Source: an uncultured Chloroflexia bacterium
Lineage (GTDB): Bacteria > Chloroflexota > Anaerolineae > CG2-30-64-16
Direction: 5' to 3'
Assembly (NCBI GenBank): GCA_963774265.1
Contig: CAVZDU010000006.1
Coordinates: 320,001-384,000, forward strand
Length of the DNA: 64,000 nucleotides
Positions 11,676-21,749 of this stretch are shown piece by piece. Below the pieces are notes generated by a model that saw only the letters and a program-made list of their open reading frames with translations, was not told the DNA's origin and searched no databases. A program made the position numbers and the translations under genes. How positions within the stretch are numbered: the stretch's first letter is position 1; each line of letters starts with the position of its first letter.

Positions 11676-12695
11676 GTGGCCTCTTATATCGTTGCTCACT
11701 CCGATGCTGTGGGGGATGGTCCGCAGCCGTTCGATCCCAGCCGCCACATGCGCCAGGTTGCCGACCTGGTCGCGACGGTGTTTGCGGATGAACTGGACGC
11801 GCGCGGCCGGAGCGCGCTGCGCGAGATGCAACTCGTCGGCCGGCTCAGCCCGATGCTGGGTGACACGCTCAGCATGGCCTTCTTTAATGAGTACATCTCC
11901 GGCCAGGTGTGGATTGAGGGCGGACGGGTCGTCGGCAACGTGACGTTGCAGAGCATCGACCAGGCCGGCTCCAGGTGGCGGGTCAGCAACGTGGCGGTGC
12001 TGCCGTCCTACCGACGGCGCGGCATCGCGCGCACGCTCATGCTGGCCGCATTGCGCGAAATCGCCCAGCGCGAGGGCAATTGGGCGGTGTTGCAGGTTCG
12101 GGCCGACAATCCGGCCGCTCACGACCTCTACCTGGATCTCGACTTCGACGACGTGGCGCGCGATGCCATCTACCGCCTGGCCGCGCCGCCCCTGGAGCCG
12201 GACGCGGTCGAAGCGTCAACGCAGCTCGAACCGCTGCGGTCCTGGTCCGGCGGAGTGCTGCAGGAGTTGGCCCAGGCCGCTCGCTCGCCACTCGCGCAAT
12301 GGGCTGAACCGATCCGTTCGGCGGACTACCGGATCGGTTTCACCCAAATGGTCGGCGAGTGGCTGGGCAAGTTGACGGGCTTTCATCGCGCCGAGCGTTG
12401 GGGCGTCTGGCAGGAACATCAGTTGATGGGCGCGGTTGAGACGATCAGGAACGCGGCGAGTGAAAACGCCACCATGCACTTTCTGGTCCGGCCCACGGTA
12501 CGTGGAAAGCTGGAACAGACGCTGGTTGCCCGTGGCCTACGGTCGCTTGCCAGGTCCGGTTCAAATCCGGTAATCGTAGAACATGATGGTGAGCACGAGG
12601 AAGGGATCGCCGCGCTACGAAACGCAGGCTTTCGCGTGCAGCGTGACCTGATCACCATGCGCCGGGCGGTCCGACCACAAGACGCAAGGTTGTAG
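11676..12695 (+). CDS. Tandem-domain GNAT acetyltransferase
   Basis: VSNVAVLPSYRRRGIARTLM acetyl-CoA motif, LQVRADNPAAHDLY, degenerate second GNAT. Confidence 0.8.
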   Translation: MASYIVAHSDAVGDGPQPFDPSRHMRQVADLVATVFADELDARGRSALREMQLVGRLSPMLGDTLSMAFFNEYISGQVWIEGGRVVGNVTLQSIDQAGSRWRVSNVAVLPSYRRRGIARTLMLAALREIAQREGNWAVLQVRADNPAAHDLYLDLDFDDVARDAIYRLAAPPLEPDAVEASTQLEPLRSWSGGVLQELAQAARSPLAQWAEPIRSADYRIGFTQMVGEWLGKLTGFHRAERWGVWQEHQLMGAVETIRNAASENATMHFLVRPTVRGKLEQTLVARGLRSLARSGSNPVIVEHDGEHEEGIAALRNAGFRVQRDLITMRRAVRPQDARL

Positions 12696-12704
12696 GAGCG
12701 ACTC

Positions 12705-13076
12705 ATGGTAAGCGCCGAAGAGCGGATGCGGATCCTCAAAATGATCTCAGATAAGCAGATCACGGCCGCCGAAGGCGCGCGGTTGCTCGAAGCATTGGCC
12801 GCAGGGGGCTCCGACTCGCCGCGCGGGGAAGTGAATCGCTCCCGCTGGCTACGCGTCAAGGTCACCGACCGGCATAGCGGCCGTGTCAAACTGAACGTCA
12901 CGATCCCGGTGGGTCTGATCGACGTGGGATTGAAGATGGGCGCGCGCTTCGCACCGGAGATAGCAGGAATGGACGGCAATGTGATCCAGGCTGCGATCCG
13001 AGACGGCGTGCAGGGTCGCGTCTTGAGCGTTGACGACGCGGACGACAACGAACGCGTTGAGATATTCGTGGAGTAG
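12705..13076 (+). CDS. SHOCT-like domain protein (YvlB/LiaX N-terminal-like)
   Basis: EERMRILKMISDKQITAAEGARLLEAL followed by WLRVKVTD...VNVTIP-like segment...VEIFVE. Confidence 0.8.
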   Translation: MVSAEERMRILKMISDKQITAAEGARLLEALAAGGSDSPRGEVNRSRWLRVKVTDRHSGRVKLNVTIPVGLIDVGLKMGARFAPEIAGMDGNVIQAAIRDGVQGRVLSVDDADDNERVEIFVE

Positions 13077-13082
13077 TCCGAT

Positions 13083-14078
13083 CTACTCCGCCAACCGTTG
13101 TCGGGCGTAGACCGCAGCGCCCAGCAGCACGGCGTTATCCCCCAGCTCGGCCAACACAATCGGCACGGTGCGGGCGTCGCGGCGGTTCATCGCATATTGG
13201 TACGCCACCGCGCGTATAGGCTCCACGTATGCCTCACCCAGCGCCTCAGCCACCCCTCCACCGATCACAATCATGTCGGGGTCGATGAAGTTAATGATCG
13301 AGCCGATGAATATACCGAGATAGTGTTGCGAACGGCGGATTACCTCATAGACGAGTGGATCGCGTTTCTCGTACGCTTCGGCCAGCACACCTGACGTAAT
13401 GCGGTCGCGGCCCTCGCGCTGGATCCACTCTGCCATCATGCTCTCGCGGCCCGCGCGCAGCCCCAACCGGATGTCCCGCTCGATCGCAGTCCGGCTGGAC
13501 ACGGACTCCAGGCAGCCGCGCTTGCCGCAGCCGCACACCGGTCCATCCGCGAGCACGACCATATGGCCGATCTCGCCGGCGGTCATGTGGGAGCCGCGCC
13601 AGACCTTTCCGTCGAGCACAATGCCGCCGCCGATGCCCGTGCCCACGAAGATGCCCACCATGTTCCTCACGCCCCGCGCGACGCCCAGCGTGAGCTCGCC
13701 GAGTGCGCCCAGGTTCCCGTCGTTTTCGATGAACACGGGGACGCCGCTGAGCTGCTCGCTCAGCAGATGAGCGAAGGGGATGTTCTCCCACCCCTCCATA
13801 TTGGGTGCGAACCGCACGACGCCATCGTCGGGGTTCAGCGCACCCGGCGCGGCCGAGCACACGCCCGCGATCTCGTCCAGCGTGAGGCCCGCTGCTTTCA
13901 CCGCGTCCTTGACCGTCTTCGCCAGGCGCTCAATCACGGCTTCCACGCCCAAGCCGCCCTTTGTCGCGCGCTTGGCCGTCGCAAGGATCGCGTGGTTGGC
14001 GTCCACAACGCCGGCGAGCACCTTGGTTGCGCCCAGGTCAACACCGACCACCGGTTTCTCGGTCGCCACTTTGCTCAT
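13083..14078 (-). CDS. ROK family sugar kinase (glucokinase-like)
   Basis: GVDLGATK, IENDGN, GTGIGGG, GEIGH, CGCGKRGCLE. Confidence 0.9.
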   Translation of the reverse strand: MSKVATEKPVVGVDLGATKVLAGVVDANHAILATAKRATKGGLGVEAVIERLAKTVKDAVKAAGLTLDEIAGVCSAAPGALNPDDGVVRFAPNMEGWENIPFAHLLSEQLSGVPVFIENDGNLGALGELTLGVARGVRNMVGIFVGTGIGGGIVLDGKVWRGSHMTAGEIGHMVVLADGPVCGCGKRGCLESVSSRTAIERDIRLGLRAGRESMMAEWIQREGRDRITSGVLAEAYEKRDPLVYEVIRRSQHYLGIFIGSIINFIDPDMIVIGGGVAEALGEAYVEPIRAVAYQYAMNRRDARTVPIVLAELGDNAVLLGAAVYARQRLAE

Positions 14079-14247
14079 GGGGTTCCTCCGCAGGGGTGGA
14101 TGAGATGGATGGATTATAACGCGAAGCGCAACAAATCCCCGAATACCACGCCCTCGACATGACATTCCCCTCCGCTACCTGCACGTGGCGTTGATCGTAT
14201 ATATGTATGTAAAGCGGCCGCCAGACCTCCGAGAGGAGTCGCAGGCC

Positions 14248-14739
14248 ATGAGGAATGATCCAATGAACCGCGATCTTAGATATGCAGGGCTTGGGAAGCG
14301 CTTTCTGGCGCTCCTGGTTGACTTCCTGCTGTTATGCGCCTTCTTTTTCCCGATCACGCGGCTGGTCAAGGGCGTGTGGCTGATGTCGCCCAAGGACCAC
14401 AACTGGGTCAACGGGTGGTTCATCTTCGATCCGCTGTGCTTGGTCTTTCTGGCCATCATGGCGCTCTACATCGTCTCCCTGGAGGGCCTGCTGGGTGCGA
14501 CCCTGGGTAAGTGGGTTTGCGGCCTGCGCGTGATCGGGATAGATGGCCGCCGGCCCGGCATGTGGAAAAGTGCGGTGCGAAACATCTTGCGTGCAGTAGA
14601 TAGCCTGCCCACGCTCAACATCCTGGGCGTGATCCTCATTTTGCGTTCGGCAGAGCGGGCGCGTTTTGGCGACCGCGTAGCGGGGACCAGGGTGATTCAG
14701 GTCAGGCCGGGCCAACCGGTCCAGGAGATTACCTCATGA
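14248..14739 (+). CDS. RDD family membrane protein
   Basis: RFLALLVD, GATLGK..GLRV, RFGDRVAGTRV. Confidence 0.88.
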   Translation: MRNDPMNRDLRYAGLGKRFLALLVDFLLLCAFFFPITRLVKGVWLMSPKDHNWVNGWFIFDPLCLVFLAIMALYIVSLEGLLGATLGKWVCGLRVIGIDGRRPGMWKSAVRNILRAVDSLPTLNILGVILILRSAERARFGDRVAGTRVIQVRPGQPVQEITS

Positions 14740-15662
14740 ATGATACGGCCATCGAAATCTGCAATTTGCGGAAAATGTACGGTGGGACGGCCGCGGTGGA
14801 CGACATCAGCTTCGACGTGGCCAGGGGGGAGATCTTCGGCCTGCTGGGGCCGAACGGCGCGGGCAAAACCACGACACTGGAATCCCTCGAAGGGATCCGC
14901 AAGCCGGACGGTGGAACGCTCAGCATCCTGGGGGTTGACCCGACACGCGAGCCCGGCCGGCTTCGCGACCTGATCGGCGTGCAGCTCCAGACCTCTGCGC
15001 TGCCGGCCGATATGACGCCTGCTGAAGCGATGCGGTTCTTCTGCGCCTACCACAGCGTCGCGGAGAACGGTGTGCTGCTCGAACGCCTTGGCCTGGCTGA
15101 GAAGCGGAACAGCCGCTATCAGTCGCTTTCGGTGGGGCAACAGCGGCGACTGGCGCTGGCGCTGGCCGTCAGCCACAAGCCACCGGTGGTCATCCTCGAT
15201 GAGCCGACCGCCGGGCTGGACGTTGGCTCACGGACCGAGCTGCACGCGCTGATGCACGAGCTGCGCGGGGAGGGCACATCCATCCTGCTGGCGACCCATG
15301 ACATGGCGGAGGCGGAGAAGATGGCCGACCGGGTGGCCATCCTGCTGGCCGGCAAGGTGGCCGCGACGGGCACACCGCGCGAGCTGACCGCGACCGGCGC
15401 TGGCTACACCAAAATCTCCGTGCGCACCGAGGAGAACCTGCTCCGGGCTCCGCCTACCGCAAACGCCTTGCCTGCCGTGGCGAAACAACTGGTCCAGGAG
15501 GAGGACTACACCATCTTCTTCAGCACTGACCCCGGCCTCACCGTGTCGGCCATCCTGGCGCGCATCGCGGAGTGCGGCGACAAGCTGATTGACCTGCGCG
15601 TCGAACGGCCGTCGCTGGAGGAAAGGTTCCTCGAGCTCACCAACACAGGAGGCGCCCGATGA
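14736..15662 (+). CDS. ABC exporter ATP-binding protein
   Basis: GPNGAGKTT, LSVGQQRR, ILDEPTAGLD. Confidence 0.93.
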   Translation: MNDTAIEICNLRKMYGGTAAVDDISFDVARGEIFGLLGPNGAGKTTTLESLEGIRKPDGGTLSILGVDPTREPGRLRDLIGVQLQTSALPADMTPAEAMRFFCAYHSVAENGVLLERLGLAEKRNSRYQSLSVGQQRRLALALAVSHKPPVVILDEPTAGLDVGSRTELHALMHELRGEGTSILLATHDMAEAEKMADRVAILLAGKVAATGTPRELTATGAGYTKISVRTEENLLRAPPTANALPAVAKQLVQEEDYTIFFSTDPGLTVSAILARIAECGDKLIDLRVERPSLEERFLELTNTGGAR

Positions 15663-16465
15663 ACGCGTTCGCCATCCACTTTGGGTTCGAGTTCAAGGCC
15701 GGGCTGCGTAACGCCACAGCCATGCTGATGAACTACCTTTTCCCGCTCGGCTTCTACGTCCTGATGGGAATCGTGTTCACCCAGATCAATCCGGTGTTCC
15801 GGGACACCATGATCCCGGCCATGTTGATCATCGCGGCCATGAGCAGCAACCTCCTGGGGCTTCCCGATCCCCTGGTGACTTCACGCGAGGCCGGCATCTA
15901 CCGCAGCTTCAAGATCAACGGGGTGCCGGCGGTCTCGATCCTGGCGATCCCGGTGCTCAGCGCGATGATCCACGCGTTGATCGTAGCCGCCATCATTGCC
16001 CTCACGGCACCCCCGTTCTTCGGGGCCGCAGCGCCAACCAACTGGGGGATGCTGGCGCTCCTGGCGCTCCTGACGATCTTCACGTTCGGCGCCATCGGCG
16101 CGTTGATCGGCGTCGCCTCGCCGAGCTCGCGCGCCACCGTACTGTGGTCCCAGCTCATTTTCCTGCCCTCCATGCTGCTGGGCGGGCTGATGCTGCCCAT
16201 CTCCGTCCTGCCCGAGTCTGTTCGCCCCTTTGCGGGCCTCCTGCCTTCCGCACACGCGATGCAAGCGTTCGCCGGGTTGGCGTTCGGCCAGGAGACGGTT
16301 TTCGATCCCGTCCGCTCGGTCATTATCTTGGGAAGCAGCGGCATGCTGGCCTTCGGGCTGGCGATCTATCTGTTCAACTGGGACAGCCACAACGCCGCGC
16401 GCCGCGGCCACCCGCTGCTGGCGCTGCTGGCCGCGGTCCCTTACATCGCGGGGTTGTTCATGTAG
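15659..16465 (+). CDS. ABC-2 type permease
   Basis: Six hydrophobic segments, REAGIYRS motif, overlaps the ATPase stop. Confidence 0.88.
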   Translation: MNAFAIHFGFEFKAGLRNATAMLMNYLFPLGFYVLMGIVFTQINPVFRDTMIPAMLIIAAMSSNLLGLPDPLVTSREAGIYRSFKINGVPAVSILAIPVLSAMIHALIVAAIIALTAPPFFGAAAPTNWGMLALLALLTIFTFGAIGALIGVASPSSRATVLWSQLIFLPSMLLGGLMLPISVLPESVRPFAGLLPSAHAMQAFAGLAFGQETVFDPVRSVIILGSSGMLAFGLAIYLFNWDSHNAARRGHPLLALLAAVPYIAGLFM

Positions 16466-16699
16466 CACGCCTGAGTGCGATGCCATCACAAGGGAGGTGG
16501 CGACATGAGCGCAAGACTGCAATTCCCTATCATTCATCGGCAACGCGTTCATGTTCGACTTGATCAAGATGATGATCGGCCACAGGAAGATTAAGTATGG
16601 CACGAGTTCACCCCTTCTCAGAATTCGTCTGACCGCGCTATACTTAGGCGCAGTCAGCAGTCCGCGGGGACCAACCCGCGGCCCGAAAGGAGTGCCCCC

Positions 16700-17630
16700 G
16701 TGAACAAACGTGAAGTGATGCTGCGCTTGATCGACGGCAAAGCGCCGGCCGGCTACACCCCGGCTGCGTTTTTCCTGCACTTTGGATCTGCAGTACCACG
16801 TGGGCCAGGCCGCGATCGACCGGCACCTCCAGTTCTTCCGGTACACCGGCATGGACTTCGTCAAAATCCAGTACGAGCAGGGCATGTCCCAGGCGCCCAT
16901 CACGTCGCCGGCGGACTGGGGCCGCGCACCGCGACTGACCGAGGAGGATTTCGAGCCGACCGTGCGCGTGGTGCGTGGGCTGGTCGAGGCCGCAGGCCGT
17001 GAGGCACTTGTCATCCTCACCCTGTATTCGCCCTTCATGTGGGCGCGGCACCTCGCGGGGGATGACGTGCTGCACGAGCACTTGCGCGAGCACCCGACCC
17101 AGGCTATCAAGGGGCTGGAGATCAGTACGGAGAACGTACTGACGCTGGTGCGGGCATGCAAGGCCGCAGGGGTGGACGGGTTCTATGCGTCGACCCAGGG
17201 TGGCGAGGCCTTCCGCTTCGGGGGTACGGATATTTTCGAACAGCTCGTGAAGCCAACGGACCTGACGGTGTGGGACGAGATCGCCTCGTGCCGCTTCAAC
17301 ATCCTGCATGTCTGCGATTACGAGGGCGCGTACGACGATCTGGCGTCTTTCATCGACTATCCCGGTCATGTCGTGAACTGCTCACTTGAAATCGGCGGAA
17401 CGAGAATGTCGCCCAGGGAGGCGTCCGCCTTGTTCGGGCGGCCCTTCATGGGCGGATTGGAGCGTAAAGGGGTCTTGGCGACCGGTGAGCCAGCAGAGGT
17501 TCGCCGCGCCGCAGCGGCGGTGCTGGCCGAAGCGCCGAAACGCTTCATCCTGGCCGCGGACTGCACTGTGCCCGGCGACGCCTCGTGGGACAACCTACAC
17601 GCAGCGATTGACGTCGCCCACGGAGGATAA
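16700..17630 (+). CDS. Uroporphyrinogen decarboxylase (URO-D/MtaA) family protein, one frameshift near 16790
   Basis: PAAFFLHF, GMDFVKIQ, NILHVC, FILAADCTVP. Confidence 0.8.
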
Positions 17631-18260
17631 CCTGCAGAATCCATGACTATCATATGCAAAGCCGGAGAACACGGTCAGAAGCAGCGTGCCGAGAGCAAGG
17701 AAGCTGATCACCAAGATGACCATCGGATCGTCCACACCGAAAAGGGTCTCCATCAAAGGTACGCCCGGAAGCATAGAGAGCCAGGCGATGATGCAGGCGG
17801 TATAAAACCAGGGCCACAGTTTTGCCAGGAAACGCTGGAAACCATCATCCGATCGAGAGGCTTTGGACGACGATACCGGCGCGTGGATCCGGGTTGCAAC
17901 CACGCCGGTCAGGATTCCAAAGATCGGAGGAAAAATGCCTCCGCCCACCAACAGCATGGCGATGGACAGAAGAACCATGACCCACCCCCCGTGCTTCCTG
18001 TGAACGAACAGGACGGACCACACAAGCAAAGCCAGGGAAACGAGCACGGCCAGGACCCCGGTGACCAGCAGGTTGGGGATGACCGTCATCGCCGGCTCGC
18101 CGGATAGGCTGCGGAAGAAAGCTGAATCAGGCCAGGACGGGAACATGACCCCGCTCGGAGCTACGCTGCCCTGCAGCACTTCGCCGATGCCGTGCTCGAT
18201 GCCGGCCAGCGCCATGATGGCGCCGAAGGTCGAAGCAAACGTTCTTGTTGCGTTTTTCAT
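17595..18260 (-). CDS. Hypothetical multi-pass membrane protein
   Basis: GIEHGIGEVLQG, EPAMTVIPNLLVTG, about 6 TM segments. Confidence 0.7.
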   Translation of the reverse strand: MKNATRTFASTFGAIMALAGIEHGIGEVLQGSVAPSGVMFPSWPDSAFFRSLSGEPAMTVIPNLLVTGVLAVLVSLALLVWSVLFVHRKHGGWVMVLLSIAMLLVGGGIFPPIFGILTGVVATRIHAPVSSSKASRSDDGFQRFLAKLWPWFYTACIIAWLSMLPGVPLMETLFGVDDPMVILVISFLALGTLLLTVFSGFAYDSHGFCRLSSVGDVNRCV

Positions 18261-18274
18261 CTCCGTTCTTTCCT

Positions 18275-18829
18275 TCAATGTGACTTAGCGGGCTGATACT
18301 GCCCTGCCCGCGTGCTGGCCGCCAGCGTGCTGGCCGCCAGCGTGCTCGCCCAGCGGCGGATGGCCTCCCAATCGCGCAGGTCGCTGGGCGGCATCTGTCG
18401 GAGCGCGGGAATAAGGTTCCAGGGCAGACGCAGCCCGGACGGGTCGAACTTACCCCCGATCACCTCAACCGAGACCGGCCTGAGCCACGGAAACCTGGCC
18501 AGTTCCCGATCAAGCTGCTTGCGTACTTCCTGCCACTCGTTTCCATCTCCGGAGCCGAAGGGGCCGCCCGCAAAAATGGCGATTGGAAGACCGCCGGTGA
18601 GCGCTTTTTGATGCCGGGATAGAAAGTGCAGCGCATCCTTGTGCAGGTGAAACATGTAGAGCGCAGCTCCCAACACGACCGCGCCGTATCCATCCAGTGT
18701 CCGCACATCCCGCGCGGGCTGAAGGTCGACCGTAAGTTCATGGCCACGCAAAGTCGCCACGACGGCCTCGGCCACCTCCTGGGTTGAGCCGTGTGTAGAA
18801 GCATAAGCCACCAGAACCTTGATTTCCAT
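18275..18829 (-). CDS. Flavodoxin-domain protein (HemG-like)
   Basis: VAYASTHGSTQEVAE, DLRDWEAIRRWA. A short TLAAS duplication lies at the C-terminus. Confidence 0.88.
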   Translation of the reverse strand: MEIKVLVAYASTHGSTQEVAEAVVATLRGHELTVDLQPARDVRTLDGYGAVVLGAALYMFHLHKDALHFLSRHQKALTGGLPIAIFAGGPFGSGDGNEWQEVRKQLDRELARFPWLRPVSVEVIGGKFDPSGLRLPWNLIPALRQMPPSDLRDWEAIRRWASTLAASTLAASTRAGQYQPAKSH

Positions 18830-18883
18830 CTGTTTCAGTCTCCTTTTCCAATTGAATCATAGCGATAACCCTCTCCCTTCGTC

Positions 18884-18901
18884 ATCTATCAAAGGTTAGA
18901 T
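18884..18901. promoter_or_regulatory. Imperfect palindrome, candidate operator between the divergent flavodoxin and LuxR genes
   Basis: ATCTATC-AAAG-GTTAGAT. Minus-strand TATGAT at 18856-18861. Confidence 0.45.
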
Positions 18902-18946
18902 CGCGAGTTATAACTGTCGAGCCGGTTGGGAGTAGAATAGATAGAA

Positions 18947-21739
18947 ATGAATCTCACCGGCTCACCCCTTGTCCTCACCAAGATGCGCGTGCCGGCGGCG
19001 CGGGCGCGCTTGATCTCCCGCGCGCATCTGGTTGATCTTCTCACTCCAAAGGATGGCGCCAGCTTCGTCCTGGTTTGCGCGCCTGCCGGCTATGGGAAGA
19101 CCACCCTCCTGGCAGAGTGGGCCCAGTCTCTCGTGAAAAACGGGACTGCTGTCGCCTGGGTCGCTCTGGACCCAAGCGATGATGATCCGATTCCCTTTAG
19201 CTCCTATCTCATCGCCAGCTTGATCCATGCTCTCGGTCCCATCCCCGAGCTGACCAGAATCGCCCAGCTCCTGCGCGCCACGCCAGAGATAGACCTGCAG
19301 CGAACCATGCCCGTCGTCATCAACGCCATCGTTTCGAGCGGCCGGGAGTGCGTCCTGATCCTCGACGACTATCACCTGATCGGCTCTCCGGCCATTCACA
19401 CTGCCGTGGGATATCTCCTCGAGCACCTTCCTGGGAACCTGCGCATTGCCATCGGCAGCCGCTCGGACCCGCCGCTGCCCCTTGCTCGCCTGCGTGCGCG
19501 CGGGCAACTGCTCGAGATCCGCACTGCAGGTCTGCGCTTCAAAGCAGATGAAGCAGCCCGGTTTCTGAACGAAGTCATGCAGCTCGGATTATCGCCGGAG
19601 GGGGTCACTGCGTTGGAAGAACGCACCGAAGGCTGGGTTGTCGGGCTGCAACTGGTGGCCCTCTCCCTATCGAGCCGTGCGGATAAAGAGCAGGTGATCG
19701 CTTCCTTCGCCGGCAGCCATCGTTATCTGGTTGAATACCTGATGGAAGAGGTGGTTAATCGCCAGGGGGAAGAGGTACAGTCATTTCTCCTGTCAACATC
19801 CGTCCTCGAGCGCATGTGCGCTCCCCTATGCGATCAAATCCTGGAGAACCGGGGACAAGGGGTCAGGGACTCAACTGACCCCTGCGATTCACAGTCAGTT
19901 TTGGAGCATCTGGAAAAATCCAACCTGTTCCTTGTGCCACTCGACGACGAAGGGATCTGGTATCGCTATCATCATCTGTTTCGCGATTTTTTGCGGGCCA
20001 GGCTGAGCCGGACCCAGGGGGAACGCATCCCCGTGCTGCACCGGGCAGCCTGCGAGTGGCTGGCGGCACACGCATTCTTGCGTGAAGCAGCCTACCATGC
20101 CTTTCAAACCCAAGACTGGGAATATGCGGCGGCCTTCGTCGAACAGCATAGCTTCACCCTGATCGTTCACAGTGATATCTCGACGCTTTATGAATGGTGC
20201 TCGGCTTTTCCTGAGGAGGTGATGCAGAGGCATCCGATGCTCTGCCTTCAGCACGGTTTGGCGTTGGCGTATAGTTTTCGACGGCAGAACCGGGCCAGGG
20301 CTGAAGCGCGGCTGCAGCAGGCCGATCGATTGATTGCTGATCTGGAAGACAGGCAGAGCGTGCGTGAGCTCAACGAGTTTGCCGGGGTTGTCCACACGTT
20401 CATGGCCTTTGCTCCAGATCCCTCTGCTGATCCGAGGGAGCTTCTCGCCCTGGGTCAGCGCATGCTGGGCAACTATGCCGAGGGAGACCCCGCTCAGTTT
20501 ACCGGCCGACTTCTGACCGGCTATGCTTATCTTGCGCTTCACGACGCGCAGGCCGCCGGCAAAACCCTTGAAACAGCCAGGCAGATCGCCCAGCGCGAGC
20601 ACCTGTATTTTGGGATCGTGGAGTCCTCGTTCAACCTGGCCCGCCTCATGCACAACCAGGGGCAGCTCCGCCGCGCGGCGGAGATCTGCCGCCAGGGGCA
20701 GGCAGACATCGCGGCTCTACTGGCCCAACCCGGGCAAGAACTGCCCGCTCTGGGCAGCCTCGACATCGAGCTGGGCTGCGTCTGCCTGGAACAGAATCAA
20801 CTGGATAAGGCCGAACAACGCCTCCACCATGGCCTGAATCTGATGGGCGGGGGGATGAACCCTCATTACCTGATGACGGCGCACATTGCGTTGTTTCGCC
20901 TGTGCGAGATCCAGGGTCGTTCGGCAGAGACACTCAAATACCTCGATCGTCTGGAAGCTGCATGGCCAGATATCGCCTTCTGCACGAACGGGCTGCGAGT
21001 CATGCATTCCTTGAGAAATGCACCGGAGGATCCGGGCACGCTGGCGGAGGCGGCCAATTGGTGCCAAGACTTCTTCTCTTCACGGGGTGAACATACATCC
21101 CCGCCGGGGCTGGGTCCTTTTGGGGCTGCCGAGGCCTATTATCTGGCCGATTTCGCCTGGGCACGCGCCCAAATTGCCCTCGGCGAAGCGAAAGCGGCGA
21201 TGTCTTACCTCGCCCCCCAACTTGATCTGGCAAATGACCACGGACTGACGAACCGGGTGATCGAACTCTCTCTGCTGGAAGCTCAAGCCTGGCTAGCAGA
21301 AGGCGACCATCCACGCGCCTGTGCCGCCCTGGAGCGTGCGCTCATGCTGGCTCAGCCGGAAGGTTATATTCGCATCTTTGACCAGGGGCCAGCCCTGACT
21401 CAACTGCTTGTCGAGGCAGCCCAGCAAGGGAACTTCAGGGAGTATATCGAGCGTATTTTGTCCGCCATTGGCATGCCAGAAGCCCTTCCTCGGGGACAGG
21501 AGGGCACCGGGGCCCGCTCCGCTCAGACATCCTTCGGCGAAAGCCTCAGCGAACGCGAGCTGGAGGTGCTTCGTCTCATCTCCCAGGGGGCTACAAATCG
21601 TGATATTGCCGAGCAGCTTGTAATCACGGAGGGGACGGTTAAAAGTCATACTAACCATATTCTAGGCAAGCTGGATGCCCATAACCGAACTGAGGCCGTC
21701 GCCCGAGCTCGAAAACGGGGCTTGCTGGATACACAATAA
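18947..21739 (+). CDS. MalT-like STAND ATPase / LuxR-HTH transcriptional regulator
   Basis: APAGYGKTTLL, LILDDYH, RTEGW, WYRYHHLF, C-terminal LSERELEVL...TVKSH..HILGKL. Confidence 0.93.
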   Translation: MNLTGSPLVLTKMRVPAARARLISRAHLVDLLTPKDGASFVLVCAPAGYGKTTLLAEWAQSLVKNGTAVAWVALDPSDDDPIPFSSYLIASLIHALGPIPELTRIAQLLRATPEIDLQRTMPVVINAIVSSGRECVLILDDYHLIGSPAIHTAVGYLLEHLPGNLRIAIGSRSDPPLPLARLRARGQLLEIRTAGLRFKADEAARFLNEVMQLGLSPEGVTALEERTEGWVVGLQLVALSLSSRADKEQVIASFAGSHRYLVEYLMEEVVNRQGEEVQSFLLSTSVLERMCAPLCDQILENRGQGVRDSTDPCDSQSVLEHLEKSNLFLVPLDDEGIWYRYHHLFRDFLRARLSRTQGERIPVLHRAACEWLAAHAFLREAAYHAFQTQDWEYAAAFVEQHSFTLIVHSDISTLYEWCSAFPEEVMQRHPMLCLQHGLALAYSFRRQNRARAEARLQQADRLIADLEDRQSVRELNEFAGVVHTFMAFAPDPSADPRELLALGQRMLGNYAEGDPAQFTGRLLTGYAYLALHDAQAAGKTLETARQIAQREHLYFGIVESSFNLARLMHNQGQLRRAAEICRQGQADIAALLAQPGQELPALGSLDIELGCVCLEQNQLDKAEQRLHHGLNLMGGGMNPHYLMTAHIALFRLCEIQGRSAETLKYLDRLEAAWPDIAFCTNGLRVMHSLRNAPEDPGTLAEAANWCQDFFSSRGEHTSPPGLGPFGAAEAYYLADFAWARAQIALGEAKAAMSYLAPQLDLANDHGLTNRVIELSLLEAQAWLAEGDHPRACAALERALMLAQPEGYIRIFDQGPALTQLLVEAAQQGNFREYIERILSAIGMPEALPRGQEGTGARSAQTSFGESLSERELEVLRLISQGATNRDIAEQLVITEGTVKSHTNHILGKLDAHNRTEAVARARKRGLLDTQ

Positions 21740-21749
21740 CGCAATAACC

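Noticed and set aside
16505-16594. Small ORF with GGAGG RBS (MSARLQFPII...)
   Set aside because: Only 29 codons with no recognisable motif. Probably a gene remnant.
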